Of a stretch of DNA of 64,000 nt, positions 53,893 through 62,683 are shown in pieces. The stretch lies in NCBI GenBank assembly GCA_964344235.1, contig CAYFMJ010000001.1:283020-347019 (forward strand). The letters are read 5' to 3'. A program made the translations under genes and the position numbers. Origin of the DNA: an uncultured Methanosarcinales archaeon (lineage in GTDB: Archaea > Nanobdellota > Nanobdellia > Woesearchaeales > GW2011-AR9). The notes under the pieces are model-generated. The model ran no database searches. It had not been told where the DNA came from and saw nothing but the letters and a program-made list of their open reading frames with translations. Positions within the stretch are counted from its first letter, which is position 1. Each line of letters starts with the position of its first letter.

Positions 53893-54657
53893 ATGAAAGC
53901 TCTTATCTTAAATTCAGGAGTGGGCAATAGAATTGCTGATGTGGTTAGTGGTAAGCCTAAGTGTTTGATTGAAATTGGCCCCGGAACAACGATCCTGAGT
54001 CAGCAGATCCAGCATCTTCTTGATGCAAACATTAATGAATGTATCGTGACTACAGGTCCTTTTGTTGAAGATATCAAGAATCATATCCGACAGAAATTCC
54101 CTCAGATGAATGTCCAATATGTACATAACCCCCTTTACAGAACGACTAATTATATTTATTCGTTGTACTTAGCTCGAAAGTTTATTGATGACGATATTCT
54201 ATTGCTCCACGGGGATTTAGTATTCGAACCAGAGGTTCTTACACGATTACTTCAGGATTCTGCTCCTAATGCCATCCCTGTTGACACATCTGTGCCGCCG
54301 CCGGAGAAAGATTTCAAAGGCCGAATTGAGCAAGGGTGCATCAAAGAGGTAGGAGTTAATACATCTGGGTCGGATTGCTATTTTGTTGCACCTCTCTATA
54401 AGTTTTCTCAACAATCTTTCCTTGATTGGCTGGTACAGATCGAGCAATTCATTTTTGAGGGCGAGCATACCGTTCATGCCGAGAATGCGCTGAACCAAAT
54501 TATGGATGCACTCCAGGTTAAGGCTGTGCCTATTAATGGAATATTTTGTTCTGAGATTGATACAAAAGAAGATATGGATTCTGTGTGCACGTATTGGCGG
54601 AGGAGGAGCAAGAGAAACGATTATTCTCTTTTGGGTGAGAGCTTAACAAGCACCTAA
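53893..54657 (+). CDS. sugar-phosphate/phospho-alcohol nucleotidyltransferase (LicC/PntC-like cytidylyltransferase candidate)
   Basis: 254 aa. The N-terminal KALILNSGVGNRIADVVSGKPKCL is the GxGxR NTP-transferase signature. Confidence 0.65.
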   Translation: MKALILNSGVGNRIADVVSGKPKCLIEIGPGTTILSQQIQHLLDANINECIVTTGPFVEDIKNHIRQKFPQMNVQYVHNPLYRTTNYIYSLYLARKFIDDDILLLHGDLVFEPEVLTRLLQDSAPNAIPVDTSVPPPEKDFKGRIEQGCIKEVGVNTSGSDCYFVAPLYKFSQQSFLDWLVQIEQFIFEGEHTVHAENALNQIMDALQVKAVPINGIFCSEIDTKEDMDSVCTYWRRRSKRNDYSLLGESLTST

Positions 54658-55757
54658 TTTAGCTGATATTGTTTAACGATTTCTTTACCGAGGTTATGTT
54701 GAATAAATCCTATGGCATGAGAATTACCTTCTTCTGCGACTCTTTGTTGTAACTTTTTGTTGGATAATAGTAATAAGATCTTAGTAGATAGGTCTCTGTG
54801 ACTCCTATTCTTAAAAATAATGCAGTGTCCCCCTGCGGCTTCTCTGAGAGCCCCCCCGCTAGAAACGACTAAAGGAAGTCTCGAGAGTTGTCCCTCAACA
54901 ACAACGTTTCCAAACCCTTCGTCTTTGGAAGGAACAACCATGATTTCTGAGGAGGCTAGAAGGTCCCATTTATCTTGTCCGGTCTTCCGGCCATGGAATG
55001 TGACAGTGTTTTTCAAGTTTAGCGTTTTTGTTATGCTCTGCATTTTTTGTAGGTAATCCTTTGAGCCAGAACCAATAATGTGGAGAGAGACGTTAGGATA
55101 ATCTTTTTTTACTAAGTAAATTGCGTTAAGTAATATATCGACGCCTTTCTGAGAACTGATGCGACCGAGAAAAACGATTGAATCTTTTATTTTCTCGCGC
55201 TTCGTTTTATGAATTGGGGTAAAATTGTTGTAGAGTGTAACTTTCTTTCTCTTAAGGATTATTGAGAACGAAGCTTTGTTTTTGAGATAATCTGAAATGA
55301 AAAATACTTTGTTGAAGAATGGTAAAAACGGTTGCATAAATATCAGGTAGAAAGTGCCCAGGATTTTTGCAACAGGTGGCCCTTCCAGGAATGTATTGTG
55401 GAACGTTACGTATGTTGGTATTTTTCTGTGCTTCCCAATAAGTAATGTTAGTTCTGGGAGCAATGAAGAGTAATGGTGGCTATGAAAAACGTCTGCGTCA
55501 ATGAGACGCAATTCTTTGATAAAACCACGTAAGATGCGGGATGTATTATTTATTCCCCATAGTGTTGGCAATTCGATGACTTTAATACCCCGCCAATGAT
55601 ATTCAACACGATTTTTCTGTTCTCCTCCGCAGATGAGGGTTACTTCGTGCCCTAGCTCTGCTTGTGCTACCAAACCCCAGCGGTTGGCGAAACATTCTAC
55701 CTCTGGTTTGTCTCGCTGAATATACATGTTGTTAATATACGTGTGGACGATTTTCAT
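54654..55757 (-). CDS. GT4 (GT-B, group 1) glycosyltransferase
   Basis: 367 aa. VVPSKDEGFGNVVVEGQLSRLPLVVSSGG is the EX7E motif region. Confidence 0.8.
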   Translation of the reverse strand: MKIVHTYINNMYIQRDKPEVECFANRWGLVAQAELGHEVTLICGGEQKNRVEYHWRGIKVIELPTLWGINNTSRILRGFIKELRLIDADVFHSHHYSSLLPELTLLIGKHRKIPTYVTFHNTFLEGPPVAKILGTFYLIFMQPFLPFFNKVFFISDYLKNKASFSIILKRKKVTLYNNFTPIHKTKREKIKDSIVFLGRISSQKGVDILLNAIYLVKKDYPNVSLHIIGSGSKDYLQKMQSITKTLNLKNTVTFHGRKTGQDKWDLLASSEIMVVPSKDEGFGNVVVEGQLSRLPLVVSSGGALREAAGGHCIIFKNRSHRDLSTKILLLLSNKKLQQRVAEEGNSHAIGFIQHNLGKEIVKQYQLN

Positions 55758-56812
55758 TTTGCTGTTATTGTATGAATGAGTTCTGCTACTTTTGCCCCTA
55801 ATACTTTTGAGTGGAACTGTTGATTGTAGGTTTTCCGAGCCTGCCGTTCAATTGTTTTGAGGAGGGGTTTATTTTCTTTTAGCAACTCTATTTTCTCTGC
55901 AAGTTCCTTCCCGTCGGAAAAATTACAGAAGATAATATCTTTCTTATCAGTAAGAAATTCTTTACAGGCTTTTGCTTCGCCAGTGATAACTGCTTTCGCC
56001 ATTGCTAAACCCTCTATGACTTTGAACGCGACAACTCTCTGCATTTTAGCAACGGCACCGTCGAATTGACCTAATAAAACATCTGCATTCTTTATTTTTT
56101 GAGGGATCATTTGGTAAGTACAGGGACCTTCAAACACTACGTTGTTTAAATCGTTCTGTTCTTTTAGCTGCTGAGCTGGTTTCAATAATGGCCCGGTTCC
56201 GACAAACCGGAATTCAATATCTTTCTTTTCTTTGAGAATTTTTGCAGCGTCTAGAATGTATTGTATACCATGCCCAGCAATGAATGAACCATGGAATAGC
56301 ACTCTGAATTTTTCTTTTTCTTTTTGACCTCTCTGGTCTCTCTCTTGCGGGAAAAAGAGGGTATCGTCAGCCCCCAAAGGAACGCACGTAAACTTATTCG
56401 TAGGAATATTGAATGTTTCTGAAAAGTACTTTCCATGTTCTTCCGTATCAATGATTGTCCTACTTGAGAATTTGCAGGGGATTTTGTCAGTGAACCATAA
56501 CAATTTTGCTCGTAATGATTTCTTTGGCACACATTTTTTCGATTCTACGAGAGCTTCATAATTGGAGATAAAGCAGTCGTGAATGATGGGTTTAAAACAG
56601 AAAAGCCTTGCGAGAAACCAGACAATAATACCTTTTGTGATAAGAGCGTCGTAATCGTTTTTAAGAATGCGCCAACAGAGTTTAATATATTTTAATGAAC
56701 TTGAAGGGGTGTAAAGGATGACGTTTACGCTGTTAGCTTTCAACCCTTCGTATAGGGATTGCCCACGACCGTAATTAGAAAAGTCATGGTCGGCAACTAT
56801 TAGGACTTTCAT
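55754..56812 (-). CDS. GT-B fold glycosyltransferase (GT4-like)
   Basis: 352 aa. The C-terminal Rossmann domain has FRVLFHGSFIAGHGIQYIL ... FKVIEGLAMAKAVITGE. Translationally coupled with the downstream GT4 gene. Confidence 0.6.
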   Translation of the reverse strand: MKVLIVADHDFSNYGRGQSLYEGLKANSVNVILYTPSSSLKYIKLCWRILKNDYDALITKGIIVWFLARLFCFKPIIHDCFISNYEALVESKKCVPKKSLRAKLLWFTDKIPCKFSSRTIIDTEEHGKYFSETFNIPTNKFTCVPLGADDTLFFPQERDQRGQKEKEKFRVLFHGSFIAGHGIQYILDAAKILKEKKDIEFRFVGTGPLLKPAQQLKEQNDLNNVVFEGPCTYQMIPQKIKNADVLLGQFDGAVAKMQRVVAFKVIEGLAMAKAVITGEAKACKEFLTDKKDIIFCNFSDGKELAEKIELLKENKPLLKTIERQARKTYNQQFHSKVLGAKVAELIHTITAK

Positions 56813-56845
56813 TTGTTTGTGCTAACCCCGCTTATTGCAGAGAAA

Positions 56846-57847
56846 TTAAGTCTCATGATTTGGACGGAACTTATTCGCTTGAAGCATTTCTTTGTAGTCG
56901 TCAATAATCTCTTGTACAATTTCTCTAAAACTGTACTCTGGTTGCCAATTGACATGTGACTGAATCTTTGAAATGTCTGGAATTTTGTTCCAAGCTTCTT
57001 CGTAGTCTTTCCCATAAATTTCTTTCGGGTCAACTTGGACGATTTCAGATGATGATCCTGTCATTTCTTTTACGATTTGGGCAACTTCAAGAATTGAATG
57101 TTCATTGTCGGGGTTACCAATGTTATACACTTCTCCTGAAACATCAGAGTTCATGACTGCAACAAAACCATTCACAATGTCTTTTACATGAGTAAATGTT
57201 CGGCGTTGTTGCCCACCGCTGAAGACTGTGATTGGTTTGTTTGTTAATGCTGCGTACACAAAGCGAGGTAATACAAAACCAGCTTTTGCACTTTGCCCAA
57301 CGCCAACGATATTGAATGGCCTAATAACAGTATAATTTAAATCGTTAGCTTTTGCAAAATTGTGTAAACAAATTTCTGTTAATAGCTTACTAACGCCATA
57401 TTCTAACCGAGTTGTTATCTTAGAAGGAACGACACTGTGAAGGTCTTCTCGTTGTGCTGTATTCCCTGGATCTTTTCCATAAACTTCAGAAGTGGAAATG
57501 AAAATAACTTTACAGCCAGTTCTGGAAGCGTGCTTAGCGATTTTAAGAGTTTCATTTAAGATGATTGAACCCATCTTACCTGCATATTTTAGGACCCCTG
57601 CCGGGCCAACGGGACTTGCTAAGTGGTAAATTTCATCATATTTCTTTGAGAGGGGAAATTCTTCAACAGAACAAATATGAATTTCATTAATTTTGGGTGA
57701 TTTAAGGTCTTCTGGTGTTAAGGAGTTGTTAGAAAGGTTGTCAACGATTTCAATACTGCAATCTTCATGTTGTATTAGGTGCTCAATCAAATGAGAACCA
57801 ATAAACCCTAAGCCTCCTGTGATAAGAATTTTTTTCATAGCAAACAC
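56846..57847 (-). CDS. NAD-dependent sugar-nucleotide epimerase/dehydratase (GalE/WbpP-like)
   Basis: 333 aa. KKILITGGLGFIGSHLIEHL is the Rossmann motif. YGVSKLLTE is the YxxxK motif. Confidence 0.8.
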   Translation of the reverse strand: MFAMKKILITGGLGFIGSHLIEHLIQHEDCSIEIVDNLSNNSLTPEDLKSPKINEIHICSVEEFPLSKKYDEIYHLASPVGPAGVLKYAGKMGSIILNETLKIAKHASRTGCKVIFISTSEVYGKDPGNTAQREDLHSVVPSKITTRLEYGVSKLLTEICLHNFAKANDLNYTVIRPFNIVGVGQSAKAGFVLPRFVYAALTNKPITVFSGGQQRRTFTHVKDIVNGFVAVMNSDVSGEVYNIGNPDNEHSILEVAQIVKEMTGSSSEIVQVDPKEIYGKDYEEAWNKIPDISKIQSHVNWQPEYSFREIVQEIIDDYKEMLQANKFRPNHET

Positions 57848-57955
57848 CGAATAGTAGCTGCTTTTTGAATTTGGCTCATATATAAAGGTTGCTAAGGAGT
57901 GTTCACAATTATTTGGGTTGAGCTTCTAATTGCATAAAGCTGTCAAGAGATCTCA

Positions 57956-58630
57956 TTAAACTTCTTCACTAGAGAGATCTTTCACACACAAGATTTGCGA
58001 AGCTGCGTGGGGTTTATGTTTTGTGAACTTTTGTGTGATATCTGAAATAAGTAACCAAAAGTATTGTGGTTTGAAGCGGATATTTGCTCTTTCTCCACGG
58101 AGAGATTTTAGACCGTGGATGCCAGTAACTTGGAAACCTAAATTCTTCATTTCTTCTACTTCCCACCCTGATTTATGTTCTTGCCAAGGGTTTCCTTCAC
58201 AGGCTTCCTGTGGCATGAAACCATTGGGTGTAAAGATGATTACTTTTTTCCGTGCTATTTTCTCCATCATTTTTATGAGTTGTAAGCCTTCTTCTTTCTC
58301 AAAGTGTTCGATGACGTCAGATGCCAAAACGCAGTCAAATGAGTTTTCAGGAAAGTGTTCGCCGATATCCATGATGTTAATTTTCACGTATTTGTCGTGG
58401 ATGTTATTGGCTTTACTTTTATCAATACTAGGTTGGAAGAGGTCGACCCCAACACACTCTAGATTATTTGAGAAGTTTCTAATAGGGGAGTTTGAACCAC
58501 AACCAACATCAAGTAAACTCTTACTTTTCCCCACACTAGCTTCTAGCTCTTTCCGGTAGTCTGGGAACACCTTTACGTATACTTTGTCGTACACCCATTT
58601 TGCGATTTTGTATGGTTTCACGGATATCAA
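57956..58630 (-). CDS. class I SAM-dependent methyltransferase
   Basis: 224 aa. Motif I is LLDVGCGSNSPIRNF. The acidic residue is at CVGVDLF. The motif IV region is LASDVIEHF. Confidence 0.75.
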   Translation of the reverse strand: MISVKPYKIAKWVYDKVYVKVFPDYRKELEASVGKSKSLLDVGCGSNSPIRNFSNNLECVGVDLFQPSIDKSKANNIHDKYVKINIMDIGEHFPENSFDCVLASDVIEHFEKEEGLQLIKMMEKIARKKVIIFTPNGFMPQEACEGNPWQEHKSGWEVEEMKNLGFQVTGIHGLKSLRGERANIRFKPQYFWLLISDITQKFTKHKPHAASQILCVKDLSSEEV

Positions 58631-58676
58631 AATAAAGGGTTATCTATTTAAGCTTTTGGCAATACTGGTTGTGATA

Positions 58677-59864
58677 TTATGCCGTATCAATTGTGTTTTG
58701 GTATAAGTTTTTGTATAATGCAGCAACCCTATCCCAAGTAAATTGTTTGATCTTTTCTTTACCATTCCATTGTTGGGTAGAGTGGAGAATGGTTTTTGTT
58801 GCGTTGTAATAGCCCTCGGTGTCGTACATCTCTACTAAGATGCCCTCTTTACCCTTTTCTATTAAATCGGGTGTGCAGCCTTCGTTCGTTGCTACAACTG
58901 GGATGCCGGTAGCCATTGCTTCCATGACAACACCGGGAAGGCCTTCCCCTTCTGAAGGAAGAATGAGGAGAGTAGCAAGCTGCATGAAATCAGCGAAGTC
59001 AGTTCTGCCACCAGTGAGGATTATTTTGTCTCTAAATTGTTCTGGGACAAGTTGTTTGAATGTATTCTGTCCATGAGCATCTCCTACAAGAAGGACTTTG
59101 ATTTTTTCTTTTTCTTCAAGTAAGCGTTGTCCTACGTCAATCACTGTTTTAATGCCTTTTCTTTCAGTGAGCATGCCAACGTAGAGAATAATTTTTTCAT
59201 TTGTTATATTAAATTCTTGCTTGAGTTTTTGTAGTGTTTCTTCAGAAGCGTTTCCTAATCTTGACGCGTGGATGCCCGTTGGTAGGACATGAAGTTTTTT
59301 TCCAGAGAAACCAACTTGCTTGCCGAAGGGAACCATGGCATGTCCATATGTCGTGAGCTTGTGCGGAATTTTGAAGAGGAAGCGAGCGATAAGTTGTGAG
59401 TAAAGTTTAAACCCTGGAACAAGCCACCATGGTTCTTTCGGTTTGTAGGAATAGCCCACGAACCCGTCGGTAGTGAGAATGGTTTTGTTCTTTCTTGCTT
59501 TGTTGAACGATGCATGTAGTAAAGCTCTGACGCTTAATGGGTAGTAATATTCCCAAATGTGGATGATGTCGTTTTCCTGATAGATTTTTTTGATAGCTTT
59601 GTTGAGTTGTTGGAATTTGGGGAACGAATAACGAAGAGAAGGGATGTACGTTGAGTCAATTGGTATCGTTTTAATGTTGGGGTTGTTCTCAATGAGTTTG
59701 TTGGCACGCCAGTTCTTTGTGTGTTCCCCATGACTTTTGGGATAGAGGATTGTGATGCTGTGGCCCTGTTTTGAGAGAAGTGTGGCTAGCTCAGCGATAG
59801 GCCTGCGCATATTGTCGGTTGGGTTAATGTAGCAAATATTCATTGATACACCTCTTTTTAACAA
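58677..59864 (-). CDS. GT4 (GT-B, group 1) glycosyltransferase
   Basis: 395 aa. ILPSEGEGLPGVVMEAMATGIPVVATNEG is the EX7E motif. Confidence 0.8.
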   Translation of the reverse strand: MLKRGVSMNICYINPTDNMRRPIAELATLLSKQGHSITILYPKSHGEHTKNWRANKLIENNPNIKTIPIDSTYIPSLRYSFPKFQQLNKAIKKIYQENDIIHIWEYYYPLSVRALLHASFNKARKNKTILTTDGFVGYSYKPKEPWWLVPGFKLYSQLIARFLFKIPHKLTTYGHAMVPFGKQVGFSGKKLHVLPTGIHASRLGNASEETLQKLKQEFNITNEKIILYVGMLTERKGIKTVIDVGQRLLEEKEKIKVLLVGDAHGQNTFKQLVPEQFRDKIILTGGRTDFADFMQLATLLILPSEGEGLPGVVMEAMATGIPVVATNEGCTPDLIEKGKEGILVEMYDTEGYYNATKTILHSTQQWNGKEKIKQFTWDRVAALYKNLYQNTIDTA

Positions 59865-59880
59865 CTTATTTAAATAAACT

Positions 59881-60927
59881 GTGGAACGAGTTAATATGTT
59901 ATTGAGTCAGCAAAGAATTGCGGCGAGAATTAGTGATTTGTTTACATTTTCTTCTACTGAATCAGTGCTTAATGGGTATGTAGCTCATAAAAATAGGTAT
60001 TGGGTTGGCTCGGCACGGGAAGGATTGCGGCAAGTATTGTTAGGGATTCGCGGGAAGCGGGTAGGCATACCAGCGTATACGTGCCATGTTGTTCTTGATG
60101 CGGTTAGGAGAGCTGGTTGTGAGCCGGTGTTTTATGATTCTGGTGTTATTGTTTCTGTTGAGGATATTGCTACGGTTATTAAAGACGTTGATGTGCTTGT
60201 GGTGTGTTATAATTTTGGATTTGTTTCAGATGTTGATAAGATTGTAGAGTTATGTCGGGAGCATGATGTGGTAGTGGTAGAAGATTGTGCGCAAGCATTC
60301 GGTGTACATGTTGGGGGTTTTGGAGAGTATGCAGTGTATTCGTTTGGGTTAAGTAAGAATATTGGTTTCTGTGGGGGAATGGTTGCGAGTAAGGGGGGGA
60401 TGGGTGAGATACATTTACCAAAGTATCCTTTGGGAAAGTTGTTATCCGTTATTGGGAAGGTTGCTGCGGCGCCGTTGTTATTTAACAAATACGTGTATCC
60501 ACTGATAAGAAGATTTTTGCAGAGAGAGTTGCATAAAGGTCAGGAATCGTTGTCGTATGCGTGTTCTCCATATGCGAAGAACGTCGTGTTGAAGCAGATG
60601 GGGCGGTATAAAGAAGTTATGGCGTTGCGGCGGAGTAACTTTGAGCATTGTGTAAAAGAATTGCAGGGTGTTGTTGATTTCGTTTCTGCTCCCAGTTCTG
60701 GGTTATATTTTGTGTTGTTGGTTGATAATAGTGTGGAGTTGAAGAGGAAGTTGCTCGCTCGAGGAGTTGAGGTTGGTGAGATGTATACATTCCAATGTTT
60801 TGATACAAATAAGAAGAAAGCAGCTGCTGCAGAAAAGCAAGTATTAACGTTTGCATTATATCGGCCACTTGTGGAAGTTCAGGCGATAATTGGCGCGATT
60901 AAAGGAGTTTGTGCTGATGGAAATTAG
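59881..60927 (+). CDS. DegT-family PLP enzyme (short form), paralogue of 16626..17630
   Basis: 348 aa. Present: IPAYTCHVVLDAVRRAGCEPVF, VVVEDCAQAFGVHVGG and EYAVYSFGLSKNIGFCGGMV (PLP-Lys context). Confidence 0.65.
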   Translation: MERVNMLLSQQRIAARISDLFTFSSTESVLNGYVAHKNRYWVGSAREGLRQVLLGIRGKRVGIPAYTCHVVLDAVRRAGCEPVFYDSGVIVSVEDIATVIKDVDVLVVCYNFGFVSDVDKIVELCREHDVVVVEDCAQAFGVHVGGFGEYAVYSFGLSKNIGFCGGMVASKGGMGEIHLPKYPLGKLLSVIGKVAAAPLLFNKYVYPLIRRFLQRELHKGQESLSYACSPYAKNVVLKQMGRYKEVMALRRSNFEHCVKELQGVVDFVSAPSSGLYFVLLVDNSVELKRKLLARGVEVGEMYTFQCFDTNKKKAAAAEKQVLTFALYRPLVEVQAIIGAIKGVCADGN

Positions 60928-61942
60928 AGAGATTAGTGTTGAGACGGAAGAGTATCGTGATTTTTTGAAAAGGTATGATCATTGGTTATTTCACACATTT
61001 CATTTTAAGAAGTTTATTGAAACCGCGTTTGGTTGTGTGTATCGGTTTATTGCAGCAGTTGAGGGGGATGCTGTGAAAACAGTGTTGCCGATTGTTGAAG
61101 TAAAGAGTAGATTGTTTGGGAATAAAGTTATTTCAACAGCGTATATTGAGTATGGTGGTTTTGCAGGAGATGAAGATTTTGTTAAAGACATTTTGAAATA
61201 TTTGCAGATGAACTATAAAAAAAATAATCAGTACCTGGAGATAAGAGGGAGTGCGGCATTTGATGAAATTTTGTCAAAGAAGTTGCAGAAAGCGGATTTG
61301 TATAAGCGATTTGTGTTGAAGTTAGGTGGGGTTGAAGATGTATGGAACGGTATTCAGAAGTCTAAGAGGAAAGCGATTAAGAAATCGTTGAAGGGTGTTG
61401 AAGTTAAAGAGTTGTCGGCTTCTGATGTCGGTGATTTTTACCAGTTGTATCTACGAAATATGCGAAGGTTTGGTAGTCCGCCGTATTCTAAGAACTATTT
61501 TGAAACTTTTTTTGAAGGTATTGTGGAACATAACTTGGGAAGAATATATGGGGCGTATTGCAATGGAACACTCGCTGCAGCGTTACTTGGGTTTCATTAT
61601 GGTGATCGAGTACATATTTTAATTGCAGTGTCTGATCCAACATATCAGGAACATAGGCCAAATGACGCAGTGCATTGGAAGTTTATTGAATGGGCGTGTG
61701 AGAGTGGTTACACGTGGTTTGATTTTGGGAGAGTTAGAGAAGAGTCAGGACAGTTTGAATACAAACGGAAATGGGGGGGAGAATTGTTAGAGTTACCATC
61801 ATACTTTGCGTTGTGGAATACGAAAAAGATTCCAATTGTTGATCCAAAGAAACATGGAATGTTAACTGAGGCGTGGAAGAAAATGCCTTTGTGGTTGACT
61901 CGGTTGATTGGTATGAAATTGAGGAAAGGACTGGGTATTTAG
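60917..61942 (+). CDS. FemAB-like / Acetyltransf_6 family protein, paralogue 3
   Basis: The ORF is open from 60890. The Met at 60917 reduces the overlap with the DegT-like gene to 11 nt. It shares the YAFAG-type core (ILIAVSD), FDFGRV and the C-terminal YKRKWGGEL block (cf. FKKRWA/FKKRWS in paralogues 1 and 2). Confidence 0.5.
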   Translation: MEIREISVETEEYRDFLKRYDHWLFHTFHFKKFIETAFGCVYRFIAAVEGDAVKTVLPIVEVKSRLFGNKVISTAYIEYGGFAGDEDFVKDILKYLQMNYKKNNQYLEIRGSAAFDEILSKKLQKADLYKRFVLKLGGVEDVWNGIQKSKRKAIKKSLKGVEVKELSASDVGDFYQLYLRNMRRFGSPPYSKNYFETFFEGIVEHNLGRIYGAYCNGTLAAALLGFHYGDRVHILIAVSDPTYQEHRPNDAVHWKFIEWACESGYTWFDFGRVREESGQFEYKRKWGGELLELPSYFALWNTKKIPIVDPKKHGMLTEAWKKMPLWLTRLIGMKLRKGLGI

Positions 61943-61945
61943 TTT

Positions 61946-62683
61946 CTAATCCTTACTTCTTTTAATCCACTCTTCACAGCTAACCCATTGACAGTTAGAG
62001 CGTTTGATATAATTCTCAAAGATGCTCCATGCTTTGGTTCCGGTGTTTCTGTGAAGTGCTTTGCTAATAAGTGTGTTTGCTGCTGAGAGTTCTGTTTTTT
62101 CTAAGAATTCCCAAGGGTGGAGGTAGAACATATAGGGTTTAGGGAATAATTTGGAAACGGGATGAAATAATTTGAGGTAGGATAAACCAGAATTTATTGT
62201 TGGGGGGATGAATGTCGTCATTGGAAATTGATATACGTTATTTTTCACAAATGGTTGCTTTGGAAGATTTTTATTTCTATACCGTTTGGGGAAATAACGC
62301 GCAAGAGAGGCATCATACTGATAACCGTGTTGTGCTAAGAGTTCATGATGATTCTTGGTTGTAATAAATCTTGGAGCACGGAAGCCTTTACACTCAATGC
62401 CATGTTGAGCGAATGCTTCTTTGGATGTTTTGATTTCAGATAATGCATTCTCCTCGGTTAACGAGGCATGAGTATGGGAATGTGATGCGATTTCATGTTT
62501 CTTAGCAATTTCTTTGATTTCTTTTGAGTATCTTTCCAATAAACTTGATACCACAAAGAACGTTGCTTTAATGTTATATTTATCAAAGAGTTGGAGAAGT
62601 TTTGGCACGATGGTTGTCATGCTTTTACATTCATTACTGCCTAAATCTGGTTCCAAATCCACTGTCATGATGCGTGTTCTCAT
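61946..62683 (-). CDS. polysaccharide deacetylase (CE4/NodB), second copy
   Basis: 245 aa. TFFVVSSLLERYSKEIKEIAKKHEIASHSHTHASL is a NodB motif (HE..SH..H). Confidence 0.75.
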   Translation of the reverse strand: MRTRIMTVDLEPDLGSNECKSMTTIVPKLLQLFDKYNIKATFFVVSSLLERYSKEIKEIAKKHEIASHSHTHASLTEENALSEIKTSKEAFAQHGIECKGFRAPRFITTKNHHELLAQHGYQYDASLARYFPKRYRNKNLPKQPFVKNNVYQFPMTTFIPPTINSGLSYLKLFHPVSKLFPKPYMFYLHPWEFLEKTELSAANTLISKALHRNTGTKAWSIFENYIKRSNCQWVSCEEWIKRSKD

